A stretch of DNA of 52,431 bases from positions 2,357 to 54,787 of the forward strand of contig CBDDUX010000035.1 in NCBI GenBank assembly GCA_965234725.1. The letters run 5' to 3'. Under the pieces are notes generated by a model. It searched no databases and was not told where the DNA came from. It worked only from the letters and a program-made list of their open reading frames with translations. This document shows positions 9,475 through 18,146 of the stretch, one piece after another. How positions within the stretch are numbered: position 1 is the first letter of the stretch; each line of letters starts with the position of its first letter. The position numbers and the translations under genes are program-made. This stretch comes from Thermoplasmatota archaeon. Lineage in GTDB: Archaea > Thermoplasmatota > Penumbrarchaeia > Penumbrarchaeales > Penumbrarchaeaceae.

Positions 9475-10790
9475 CCAGATATCGCATAGGTGTGGATTCC
9501 ACCGACTCCGCTGAGATCGGGATGTGCACAACCTACCTGGGAGCAATTCTTCTTGAGAGATTAATGGAGCTCCCAATGGAGCTTTCGACCTATCCGGAGC
9601 TGATCAGGCTGAACCCGAACGTTCCATGGAAGACGAGGGGGAACGGTGCTGTCTGTCTGAGGTATGAGGGAGAACCGGGACTGGGAGATCGTATCAAGGA
9701 ATGCTGTTTCAGGACCATAGATGAAATGGCAGTAATGGAAGACCCCCAGACCAATCCTGGATTCGCCATGATCGAGGGAGACGTCCCCAAGATCCTCAAT
9801 GACCTTTATCAAAATGCACTTCAGAGGATCCTTACCTTGGATGAAGCATTGAACGCCGCTGATATTTCAAAGGCATTCGTTAAAGGCTGGAAGAATGGAA
9901 TGGGAATAATTGGAGCACTTGCATCCATTGGAGCGGACCTCAGGGAATTCACCTACGAGGCGATAATGTACAGGTCAGGGAATAAAAAGGACCGGGAAAG
10001 GACCGTCAACCACTCGGAATTGCAACAGATATCAAGAAAATACCCCTCAACCTTCTTCAATATCGACGAAAAAGGGGATCCCATTTGCATTCCTCACTCC
10101 CCATGCCCCGTGATCCTCGGCATCAGAGGTACAGATCCGGGGGATACAAGAGAAGCACTATTGGAACTGGAACTTCCGGAGGCAGAGAGATGGGTTCTAT
10201 GGAGAACCAACCAGCATACGGATGCACATATTAAGGAAATATCGGCAGGGAAAGAGATCATACCCTTTTCATCAATATCGATGGATGCAGTGGTATCCTC
10301 CAACCCCGAATATGGAGGGGGTGGTCACCTGCATTTCATGGCAGAGGGGCCTGACCATACGATGATCACCGCGTGGGCATATGAACCAACAAGAGGATTC
10401 AGAAAAGAGCTATCCAAATTGGTTCCCGGGGATGTCATCAGGATCTGGGGGTCGGTAAGGGAACCATCCGGGGAATTCGGGGCAGGTGTTAACCTGGAAA
10501 AGGTGGAGATCAAAGGATTGAAAGAGCTGGTGGAATACCGAAATCCAAGATGTTCTTCCTGCGGAGGACCAACGGAATCCATGGGGAAAGGTCAAGGCTT
10601 GAGGTGCAAGATATGCGGATCGAGAGGGGGATTGGAAAAGGGATCATACAAGGTTGAGCGTAATATCGAAACCGGAATGATCCAACCCCCTCTATCCGCA
10701 TGGAGGCATCTTTTCAGACCTGTTGAACTAATTCCTGCAACCGCCATCAGGATCTCAAGACCCTTCTTTGGGACCAATACCCAAAGCTGA
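9471..10790 (+). CDS. tiaS: tRNA(Ile2) 2-agmatinylcytidine synthetase
   Basis: IGVDSTDS..GMCTTY, LIRLNPNVPWKTRGNGA, G.GIIGALA, PHSPCPVILGIRG, TNQHTDAH, OB-fold AYEPT, and C-terminal Zn ribbon CSSC...CKIC. Start placed at the GTG overlapping the dys stop (GTGA). Confidence 0.95.
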   Translation: MTRYRIGVDSTDSAEIGMCTTYLGAILLERLMELPMELSTYPELIRLNPNVPWKTRGNGAVCLRYEGEPGLGDRIKECCFRTIDEMAVMEDPQTNPGFAMIEGDVPKILNDLYQNALQRILTLDEALNAADISKAFVKGWKNGMGIIGALASIGADLREFTYEAIMYRSGNKKDRERTVNHSELQQISRKYPSTFFNIDEKGDPICIPHSPCPVILGIRGTDPGDTREALLELELPEAERWVLWRTNQHTDAHIKEISAGKEIIPFSSISMDAVVSSNPEYGGGGHLHFMAEGPDHTMITAWAYEPTRGFRKELSKLVPGDVIRIWGSVREPSGEFGAGVNLEKVEIKGLKELVEYRNPRCSSCGGPTESMGKGQGLRCKICGSRGGLEKGSYKVERNIETGMIQPPLSAWRHLFRPVELIPATAIRISRPFFGTNTQS

Positions 10791-11178
10791 TCAACAAGTA
10801 ATGGACGATCTCTGCTCCCAAGAGGCGATAGGAAGCAGGATCAAGAAGAGAGGATTGAATGCGTGATGAACAAAAAAGACGCTACCTGCTTCCTATCAGT
10901 TGACGAATAACAGACCAAGATGCGCACATCAGGCCTATCTCATCAACCACATACTATTATAAAAAATTTATTTTTTCTTTTTCAATCCATAACAAATCTA
11001 CCGTATAATGAATTACAATGAGTGAAAATGAATAATCAGAGTGAAAACTATCCATACAAATTTGAACCTCCATCAAATGAAGGATCGACTTGCCTTTTTC
11101 CCACTGTCCCCGGCCTCTGTATGATAACAGTTGCAATTATAGTGAAGGTAAAAGTGGTATTTAAAAAATTATAAAATA

Positions 11179-11198
11179 GGAGGGGGAGAACCCCCTCC
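11179..11198 (-). terminator. Hairpin plus T-tract terminator downstream of the MFS gene
   Basis: GGAGGGGG-AGAA-CCCCCTCC stem-loop 16 bp past the stop codon, followed on the minus strand by TATTTTATAATTTTTT. Confidence 0.65.
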
Positions 11199-11214
11199 CA
11201 TCATTCTTTTGAAC

Positions 11215-12906
11215 TCACTCTTTACTTACGGGGGGTTTCAGAAGGAAAGCAATACCTGCACAGACCAGCAACAGGATACCCGCTGGGATGAATGCCCACA
11301 TCCAAGCAGAGTTATCGCCCATGATACCTCCCGCGATCGGGCCGATGATACCTCCGAATCCGTATGACAGGAAGACCCAGCCATAGTTGAGACCAACTGA
11401 TTTGTTTCCGAAGAAATCCGCGGTTGCAGCAGGGAAGAGGGCAAAGTTTCCACCAAAGTTGAATCCAATGATCGCCGCCCCTGCATAGAGGAGGTATTCA
11501 TTACCACCTATGAAGAAGAAGGCGAGCATCATCACTCCCTGTATGCTGAACATCAGAATGAAGGACATCTTCCTTCCGATCTTATCAGAGACCAAACCCC
11601 AAACGATACGCCCAACACCATTTGCAAGTGAATAGAACAGGGCCATTGCAGTACCAGCGATCACAGATGCTTCCGCTGCCGTGCTTCCGGAGTCCTGCAG
11701 TGCATCGATACCGAACAATTTGATGACGCCAATGACCATCAGACCGGATCCGGCGCCGACCATGAACATGAAGAAGAGCATCCAATATTGGGGGGTCTTC
11801 CTCATTTCAGAGGAAGTGAACTCCACTGAACCGGTTGCTGATTTATCATCCACACTTGGGGGCACCCATCCTTTGGGGAGCCAACCCTCCGGTGGATTCC
11901 TCATTATAAATCCACCAGTTACAACAGCTGCGGCAAAAGCGATACCATAGATCAAGAAGACCTGGGTGACATCGAAGTATTCATAGAGACCGCCCCAGTC
12001 CCCGGTTATCTTCACGGGTCCAAAGACAAACCCGGTGCAGAGCTTTATCCAAAGGAGAGCCCCGAACCCGAAACCTGCGACCGCAAGTCCCGAGATCATT
12101 CCCTTCTTGTCCGGGAACCATTTCACTCCAACGGCGATAGGGACCACATATGCCAGACCTATACCTGCGCCACCCAGCACACCGATGCTAAGGAGCATGA
12201 GGAAGAAACTGGTGCCGACGAAGGAGGCAAGGATATAACCTGCACCAAGTACGATACCTCCTGTTATCGCCATCTTCCTTGGTCCGTATTTCTTTGAAAG
12301 CCTGCCGCCAAAGATGGTGAATATTGCAAATGTGAAAAGACCGATGGCGAATATCATCTGTGACTGGGTCTGTGAGAAACCGAACTTACCAGTCCCCACA
12401 TTCTTCAAAACCTCATATGTGTCAGTGTCATTGCCATTCTGGGCTGTGATCACCATGTGCCAGGATCCGCTCTTGGTCACCTTGACATCGAAGGTCGATG
12501 TGTTGCCATCGACCACAGCATCATAAGGTCCTGCTGTTATGGGGTCCCCTTCTTCGTAGACGTATCCGACATAAGGTATGACCTTGTCACTCTTTACGAC
12601 CTTTCCATCCTTGTCCTTGAGTTCCAACAAGACAGAGACATTGGTGTAACCATTGTAGGGTTCTCCACCTTCGGAAAATGATAGGATTATGGTCTCTTCG
12701 GACCCTACGGCAAGATCGCCATCGACAACCATTACTATACCTGTTCCCAGGTTGTCATTGAAATCATTGTCAGGCAGTGGTGCCACAAGAGGCGGTGTGA
12801 ATACCGACCATGCGTATATTGCTCCCAGGCACAATTGTATCAGGATCGCTCCAACAACTATGAGCCATCTGTTGATCCCAGGTTCCTTTGATGAATCATT
12901 GACCAT
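11215..12906 (-). CDS. OFA family (oxalate/formate antiporter-like) MFS transporter with a large extracellular insertion
   Basis: NRWLIVVGAILIQLCLGAIYAWSVF, GGRLSKKYGPR, KWFPDKKGMISGLAVAGFGFG, NGVGRIVWGLVSDKIGR and GGNFALFP motifs. Start placed at the ATG after a GGAG RBS. Confidence 0.92.
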   Translation of the reverse strand: MVNDSSKEPGINRWLIVVGAILIQLCLGAIYAWSVFTPPLVAPLPDNDFNDNLGTGIVMVVDGDLAVGSEETIILSFSEGGEPYNGYTNVSVLLELKDKDGKVVKSDKVIPYVGYVYEEGDPITAGPYDAVVDGNTSTFDVKVTKSGSWHMVITAQNGNDTDTYEVLKNVGTGKFGFSQTQSQMIFAIGLFTFAIFTIFGGRLSKKYGPRKMAITGGIVLGAGYILASFVGTSFFLMLLSIGVLGGAGIGLAYVVPIAVGVKWFPDKKGMISGLAVAGFGFGALLWIKLCTGFVFGPVKITGDWGGLYEYFDVTQVFLIYGIAFAAAVVTGGFIMRNPPEGWLPKGWVPPSVDDKSATGSVEFTSSEMRKTPQYWMLFFMFMVGAGSGLMVIGVIKLFGIDALQDSGSTAAEASVIAGTAMALFYSLANGVGRIVWGLVSDKIGRKMSFILMFSIQGVMMLAFFFIGGNEYLLYAGAAIIGFNFGGNFALFPAATADFFGNKSVGLNYGWVFLSYGFGGIIGPIAGGIMGDNSAWMWAFIPAGILLLVCAGIAFLLKPPVSKE

Positions 12907-13124
12907 TAAACCCAACTCCAAACCATAAGAGGTCCTATCTGACCTCCAGGGCGGGCTATTACGCACTTAAATATAATAATTCCCCTCTGTGACGCGAAAG
13001 CATTCAAGATCTGAATCTACTGAAGAAGAAGAATCATATTCTAACCATTTCCAAAAAGATGAAAGGGACCATCATGCGGACATTAGTGAAAAGTATTAAT
13101 TCCAAGACAATACAATAATCCAAT

Positions 13125-13379
13125 ATGATACGCGGTTTCGTGATGGTCCAATGTAAAACGGGGTTCGAGCAGAACGCATTCAAGAAGCTCCAAAGTTACC
13201 CGTGGGTGGAAGAGGTACACCCCCTGTTCGGGGAGTTCGATTTTATCTTGAGGGTCACCGCTAATGACCCGAACGATCTGGCCAAATATATTATCGATGA
13301 AGTGAGGTCTATCGAAGGAATAATAGACACAAAGACCTTCCTGGAAGCATCCTTCGGTCCTGAACCCATTGAGAAATGA
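13125..13379 (+). CDS. Stand-alone Lrp/AsnC ligand-binding (RAM) domain protein
   Basis: GFVMV...V.EVHPLFGEFDFILRV...I...VRSIEGIIDTKT. No HTH domain. Confidence 0.9.
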   Translation: MIRGFVMVQCKTGFEQNAFKKLQSYPWVEEVHPLFGEFDFILRVTANDPNDLAKYIIDEVRSIEGIIDTKTFLEASFGPEPIEK

Positions 13380-13403
13380 ACAGGATAAAAAAGATATGGC
13401 CTC

Positions 13404-13937
13404 TCATTCGAGCTCCGGGGCGTATTTGTACCCCCGCTTGGACATCAGTTCCACGGGATCCCCGTAGACATAATAATCGACAGGTACCATCATCCTGCAC
13501 TTCGGGCATGACCGGACCAGTTTGCCATAAAGATTGTTGGGAATGAGACATTTTGGGCAATTCTCTCTTGATTCCACCTCAAAGGATGAGAAGAGCTTGT
13601 GCATCTTTCTGCATCTCCATGACCGGAATCCTACGAATACCTGGGTGGGGGCTTTCATCTCTCCTAATGGACCCTTACCACAGTTCGACCCATATACAGT
13701 GAACTCCTCGACCGATGAGGAGAGTATCTCCACCTCCTCTCCGCAGATAGGACATACTCTTCCAAGGACCGGATGGAAAGGTCCTTGGACCGTTTCGTTC
13801 TTCCTTTTCAATTCAGCTTCGATCCTATCCTTTCTCTCTTTTTCCATACCCAGGTCCGATCCGCATCTGGGACAGGTGTCCAGATCACCTCCTCCGAGGT
13901 AGGCCGAACAACGCGGACAGTAATGGTATGGAGACAT
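13404..13937 (-). CDS. Multi zinc-ribbon protein
   Basis: CPRC, CPRC, CPIC, CRKMH, CPKC and CPKC motifs in 177 aa. Confidence 0.75.
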   Translation of the reverse strand: MSPYHYCPRCSAYLGGGDLDTCPRCGSDLGMEKERKDRIEAELKRKNETVQGPFHPVLGRVCPICGEEVEILSSSVEEFTVYGSNCGKGPLGEMKAPTQVFVGFRSWRCRKMHKLFSSFEVESRENCPKCLIPNNLYGKLVRSCPKCRMMVPVDYYVYGDPVELMSKRGYKYAPELE

Positions 13938-13986
13938 TCAGGACATGAATGGTATTATTGTTTTTAAGCAATATGTCGTCTTCAAC

Positions 13987-14904
13987 TCAAATCGGTTCAA
14001 CTATGTGCCCGGAAGGTCCATCTTTCCACAATGCAGCAAGCTGACCGCAGTTTGAACCGATCCCGTTCTCCCTCTGGTCACCTATGGAGACAATGACATC
14101 GAAACCCAGCCTCTTCAGTTCAGCTATCTGAGGGACCTCCTTCTCAACCAGATCCTCTCTTACAAGTCCATGGAAAAGAGCCTGGGATGTCGGATTGACC
14201 GGAGTGAACTTGAACATGAAGGTTTCGGGAGAGAAAGTCCTCGAAAGAAGCAAGGCGTCTACTTCGTTATCGGATGAGAGGGCAAAGTTAAGGGCGATCT
14301 TCCTTCCACCCACGTAGAATTCTTCACCAAATTCCGAGATCCGTTCAAGATCCCATTTATCAATAGGGATTATCTTGTTCCTCTGGGCTTCACTTGTGGA
14401 ATGGATAGAGAACTGCAGCTGGAAATTACCCCTGAAGATCCGATGGTTAATATCCTTCAATCTATCGAAGAAATGGTCTGTACCGGAAGGAGCCGTGGTG
14501 GATATACAGGGCATGAATCCGGGTGCTTCCAACCTGTCATTGACCATGAGTATGGCATCGATCACGGCAGGGTTGAGGGCAGGTTCGCCCATCCTAGCGA
14601 ACTGGACCTTGAATTTTCTGGAGGGTACATTCCCGTTGGGATATCTCTTCCTGACCATGTGGTCAACCTGAGAATATAATTCCTCGGCCGTGGGATTTCC
14701 CTTGTAATACCCTGATGTGTCGCACATCAGGCAGTTTACGGGACATCCGAACTGAGATGATACTACCAAGACCCATTTATCCTCTATGGAACCACTTCCG
14801 GAAAGGGAGTCCACAAATTCCAAGATAAGGTCCTTTTCGTTCCTATATTGAGCGGCGTGGACGGTAGCCAACCCGTCAAGACCTCTTTCAAGGACCACTT
14901 TCAT
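13987..14904 (-). CDS. RlmN/Cfr-like radical SAM enzyme (divergent; lacks the Cys118-equivalent)
   Basis: VSSQFGCPVNCLMC (CxxxCxxC), ARMGEP, SIHS, PVNP and C-terminal SNCGQL. Confidence 0.88.
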   Translation of the reverse strand: MKVVLERGLDGLATVHAAQYRNEKDLILEFVDSLSGSGSIEDKWVLVVSSQFGCPVNCLMCDTSGYYKGNPTAEELYSQVDHMVRKRYPNGNVPSRKFKVQFARMGEPALNPAVIDAILMVNDRLEAPGFMPCISTTAPSGTDHFFDRLKDINHRIFRGNFQLQFSIHSTSEAQRNKIIPIDKWDLERISEFGEEFYVGGRKIALNFALSSDNEVDALLLSRTFSPETFMFKFTPVNPTSQALFHGLVREDLVEKEVPQIAELKRLGFDVIVSIGDQRENGIGSNCGQLAALWKDGPSGHIVEPI

Positions 14905-15739
14905 CAGATCTCATCCTTCGTGCGATATCCATGGCGCATGAAAGTCCGGAGGACATTGCGAATGCGCTTTGGGAATGATCGACAGAAGCGGCATCTCCGA
15001 TCAAGTATAATCCTTTAACTGAAGTGGAAAATGACTTGTCGACAGGACCCAAAACCTCCACCCCATCGATCAGATAACGTTCAGGAGATCTCCCTATGAA
15101 TACGGCCACCTTATTGAATTTCAACTCATCTTTGAGAACAAAGGACCCATCGGGATCTTTCCTGAGATCCTCCTGATCACCCATAATTGTTCGGATCCCC
15201 GAATTCATTACCTCTTCAACCAATCCTTTGTTGGCCTTGAGGTATGAACGGTAGAGGATCGTCACATTCGCTCCATGATCCGCAGCTCTCAAAGCATTAT
15301 CCAGAGCAAGGTCTCCCCCACCCAATATCAAAAGGTCATCCCCAGGAAGGATATACTCATCTTCCAATTTGTAAACCACATCCTCAAGGTCGATCTTCCG
15401 AGGGACAGAACCGGTTGCAAGGATCAGGTATTCCGAACAGCAGCTGGATCTGTCCGTCCTTACAATGAATTGACCATCATTCCACTCAACTGAGATCACA
15501 GCTTCCAGGGTCGGCCGAACACCCATTCCCAGCGCATGCTCGACCATTTGACCTGCAAGGTCCCTACCGGTCTTACCCCCATGACCAAGGAGATTATCCA
15601 CACGGTTCGCATACCTGATCAAACCACCTGGCGAATCACGTTCGAATACCTTGAACTTCACACCTTCTTTGATTAGTTGGACAGCTGCGGAAAGACCTGC
15701 GGGGCCGGCGCCTATGATCGCAACATCAGTTCTTTCCAT
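14888..15739 (-). CDS. Thioredoxin-reductase-like NAD(P)/FAD-dependent oxidoreductase without the redox CxxC
   Basis: DVAIIGAGPAG, ILATG, LILGGGD.A and TSVKGLYLIGD motifs, with no CxxC between the ATG motif and the NAD(P)H motif. Start at the ATG after GGAGGT. Confidence 0.88.
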   Translation of the reverse strand: MERTDVAIIGAGPAGLSAAVQLIKEGVKFKVFERDSPGGLIRYANRVDNLLGHGGKTGRDLAGQMVEHALGMGVRPTLEAVISVEWNDGQFIVRTDRSSCCSEYLILATGSVPRKIDLEDVVYKLEDEYILPGDDLLILGGGDLALDNALRAADHGANVTILYRSYLKANKGLVEEVMNSGIRTIMGDQEDLRKDPDGSFVLKDELKFNKVAVFIGRSPERYLIDGVEVLGPVDKSFSTSVKGLYLIGDAASVDHSQSAFAMSSGLSCAMDIARRMRSDESGP

Positions 15740-16338
15740 GTCAATACCTCCCCGAACGCCCTTGAGATCACATTCAAGGTCTTTAGATGTCTTTCCTCGG
15801 TCTCGGTTCCTGTGCAATCCGCAAGGAATACGACCTTGAATCCCCTCATGAAAGCATCCCTTGCGGTGGTTTCACAACAAAGGTCCGTCAATACACCTGA
15901 AATTATCACCGTTTCGATCCCCAGATCCTTCAAGAAGATCTCCAGGTCCGTATCGTGGAAGGCGGAATAATGCTCTTTCTCGAGAATAGTATGTCCATCC
16001 GATACAATGGATGGATCGATCTCTGCCATTGGACCGGATATTGGGTCCTTCCACCATTCTGTCATGAGATTCTTACCGTCAATCCTGTTGGAATGGCGGG
16101 TGAAGATCACGGGTCCCTGGTATAGTTCCTTCAACGATCCAATGTTCTCTAGAACGGTCAGGGATGATGGGACGAATGCATGACTTGAAGGATCAGTGAA
16201 GGCTCTTTGCATGTCCAGGACCAATAGGGCCGTCTTTCCCCATCCCCCCTTCCAGCTCCTTTTCCTGTCAAGGGACCTTATCCAAGCCATGGTAATCTCA
16301 TCAGCCTTCTTCAAGGGAAAGTAGTTCACTGCCTTCAT
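15712..16338 (-). CDS. Isochorismatase/nicotinamidase-family cysteine hydrolase
   Basis: ALLVLDMQRAF (Asp), EKEHYSAF (Lys) and GVLTDLCCETTARDAF (Cys) form the catalytic triad. Alternative GTG start at 16356. Confidence 0.92.
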   Translation of the reverse strand: MKAVNYFPLKKADEITMAWIRSLDRKRSWKGGWGKTALLVLDMQRAFTDPSSHAFVPSSLTVLENIGSLKELYQGPVIFTRHSNRIDGKNLMTEWWKDPISGPMAEIDPSIVSDGHTILEKEHYSAFHDTDLEIFLKDLGIETVIISGVLTDLCCETTARDAFMRGFKVVFLADCTGTETEERHLKTLNVISRAFGEVLTWKELMLRS

Positions 16339-16373
16339 TACAGTTGACTGAAGCACTCCATGTTCTAAAAAGA

Positions 16374-16451
16374 TGGTGGGGCCGTCGAAATTTGAATTCG
16401 AGTCGATACCACCCCAAGGTACCAGGATGGTCCAAGCTACCCTACGGCCCC
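16374..16451 (-). tRNA. tRNA-Pro(GGG), CCA encoded
   Basis: Minus strand reads GGGGCCG TA GGGTAGCTTGGACCATCCT G GTACC TT-GGG-GT GGTAT CGAC TCGAA TTCAAAT TTCGA CGGCCCC ACCA and folds as a cloverleaf. It lies downstream of rpoN, a common archaeal arrangement. Confidence 0.95.
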
Positions 16452-16482
16452 ATGCCGTTTTGTAGGGTGAATAACATGAACC

Positions 16483-16495
16483 CTATAAAACTTGC
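16483..16495 (-). promoter_or_regulatory. Probable BRE/TATA promoter of tRNA-Pro
   Basis: Minus strand GCAAGTTTTATAG about 30-40 bp upstream of the tRNA 5' end. Confidence 0.5.
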
Positions 16496-16540
16496 CATTT
16501 AGAGAGAAATGAAGAATTAGTCGAAGGATTGGAAAAATGT

Positions 16541-16732
16541 TCAGGTAAATGGTATTACCTCATCGATCAGCTCAACATGGCTGAGGAACATCCTCCGGCA
16601 GCAATACCTCTCGAGTCCAAGAGCATCCATTACATCCTTCGGGTGCTCACCGGCAGCCACCCTCCTGGCATATTCCTCGTACAGATGACCGATGACCTTG
16701 CCGCATGTGAAGCATCTGACGGGGATTATCAT
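16541..16732 (-). CDS. rpoN: DNA-directed RNA polymerase subunit N (Rpo10)
   Basis: [14 protein letters not shown]...[16 protein letters not shown]. Confidence 0.98.
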   Translation of the reverse strand: MIIPVRCFTCGKVIGHLYEEYARRVAAGEHPKDVMDALGLERYCCRRMFLSHVELIDEVIPFT

Positions 16733-16830
16733 AATATCGCCTTTCGGAGTGAAATCTCCCTATGATCATTTGCTTTATAAACCTTGCCTATCAAAACTAA
16801 TGGGTAAGTTTTTTAACGAGTTCACTCTAG

Positions 16831-18078
16831 GTGAGTCGTGATCAAATGAAGCTCAGTTTTGCCGGTGGAACGGATGCGGTTGGAAGTCTTGGCATGGTTG
16901 TCGAGACCCAGGATAAAAGGTTCCTCTTCGATTACGGGCTCACACCAGCAAAACCACCAAAGTATCCAAGGAAGGTACCTCCAATAGATGCACTGTTCCT
17001 CACCCATTCCCATCTTGACCATATCGGTATGTCGCCTTATGTCTGCGGTGAGTATGGATCGACAGTTTGGGGATCCGAGGTGACCCTGGAAGTTGCTGTT
17101 GTTCTTTTACAGGACTCGATAAAGATATCCAAACTTGAAGGGTGGTCCATTCCCTATGACATACATGACGTTAGAAGGTTCGTTGAAGAATCCACTATTA
17201 TCCGTTATGGTGACAGGGCCCATATCGGACCTCTGAAGATCCAGGCCATGGATGCAGGACACATTCCCGGATCCATGATGTACAAATTGCAGGAAAATGA
17301 TGGAAAAGAGATCGTTTTTACAGGTGATGTCAACACCATAGATACCAGATTGCAGTCTGGGGCTAAACCTCCGAAGTGCGATGTCCTCATCATGGAATCC
17401 ACCTATTCCGGACGCCCCCATCCTGACAGGAAGAAGGTTGAACGTGAGTTCACCCAGAAGGTGAAAGAGGTCATCGACAGGGGAGGGAAAGTGATCGTTC
17501 CAGCATTCGCGGTGGGAAGGACACAGGAGGTCGTACAGGTCCTCGCCAAAATAGATGAGGAGAAATGGCTGGATGGGATGGGAAAACGGGTCTCCCAGAT
17601 ATATCTGAGGCACGGTGATTCGATAAGGAACCCGGGAGAGCTCAGGAAAGCTATGAACCAATTCAAGTTCGTGAGGACCCCATACCAAAGAAATAACGCT
17701 GCTGATTCCCCGCTCGTTGTGACCACCTCCGGAATGCTGGATGGAGGTCCGGTGGTGGAATATATTCGCAGGTCCAAGGATGACAGGAACACTGCAATCC
17801 TCCTCACTGGATACCAGGTAGAAGATACCAATGGAAGGATGCTCATGGAAACCGGCTCCATGGAGCTGGAGGGAGAGATACAGAAGGTGAGCTGCGAGGT
17901 GGCACATTTCGATTTCTCTGCCCATGCAGGACATGATGAACTTGTCAAGTTCGTCGAAGGGACCGGAGCAGAGGAGATCATCTTGGTCCATGGTGACAAC
18001 CGTGAGGCTCTTGCAAAGGATATTGAAAGCTTTGCAACGGTCAATCTACCCACCGTGGATTCCATATACAATTTCTGA
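16831..18078 (+). CDS. MBL-fold beta-CASP ribonuclease (aCPSF2/YSH1-like)
   Basis: THSHLDHIG, AGHIPGS, FTGD, ESTY, PAFAVGRTQE, SGMLDGG, FSAHA and LVHGD motifs. No N-terminal KH domains. Confidence 0.92.
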   Translation: MSRDQMKLSFAGGTDAVGSLGMVVETQDKRFLFDYGLTPAKPPKYPRKVPPIDALFLTHSHLDHIGMSPYVCGEYGSTVWGSEVTLEVAVVLLQDSIKISKLEGWSIPYDIHDVRRFVEESTIIRYGDRAHIGPLKIQAMDAGHIPGSMMYKLQENDGKEIVFTGDVNTIDTRLQSGAKPPKCDVLIMESTYSGRPHPDRKKVEREFTQKVKEVIDRGGKVIVPAFAVGRTQEVVQVLAKIDEEKWLDGMGKRVSQIYLRHGDSIRNPGELRKAMNQFKFVRTPYQRNNAADSPLVVTTSGMLDGGPVVEYIRRSKDDRNTAILLTGYQVEDTNGRMLMETGSMELEGEIQKVSCEVAHFDFSAHAGHDELVKFVEGTGAEEIILVHGDNREALAKDIESFATVNLPTVDSIYNF

Positions 18079-18146
18079 TCAACCTGGACATGTGCAGGGC
18101 CCTCTGCAAAACACTTATATAAGGACCTGAGAGTTGGCTAATTATA

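Noticed and set aside
13987-14904. Calling this gene rlmN or cfr
   Set aside because: The Cys118-equivalent and N-terminal region are missing, and the operon context is atypical.
14888-15739. Calling this gene trxB
   Set aside because: The redox-active CxxC is absent, so thioredoxin reductase function is unsupported.
13940-16390. tRNA-integrated island carrying the radical SAM operon
   Set aside because: No integrase, and I found no duplicate of the tRNA 3' end (att site) by eye. Composition looks like that of the host.
17107-18071. Long antisense ORFs (294 and 222 aa)
   Set aside because: They lie fully opposite the well-supported beta-CASP gene and show no motifs.
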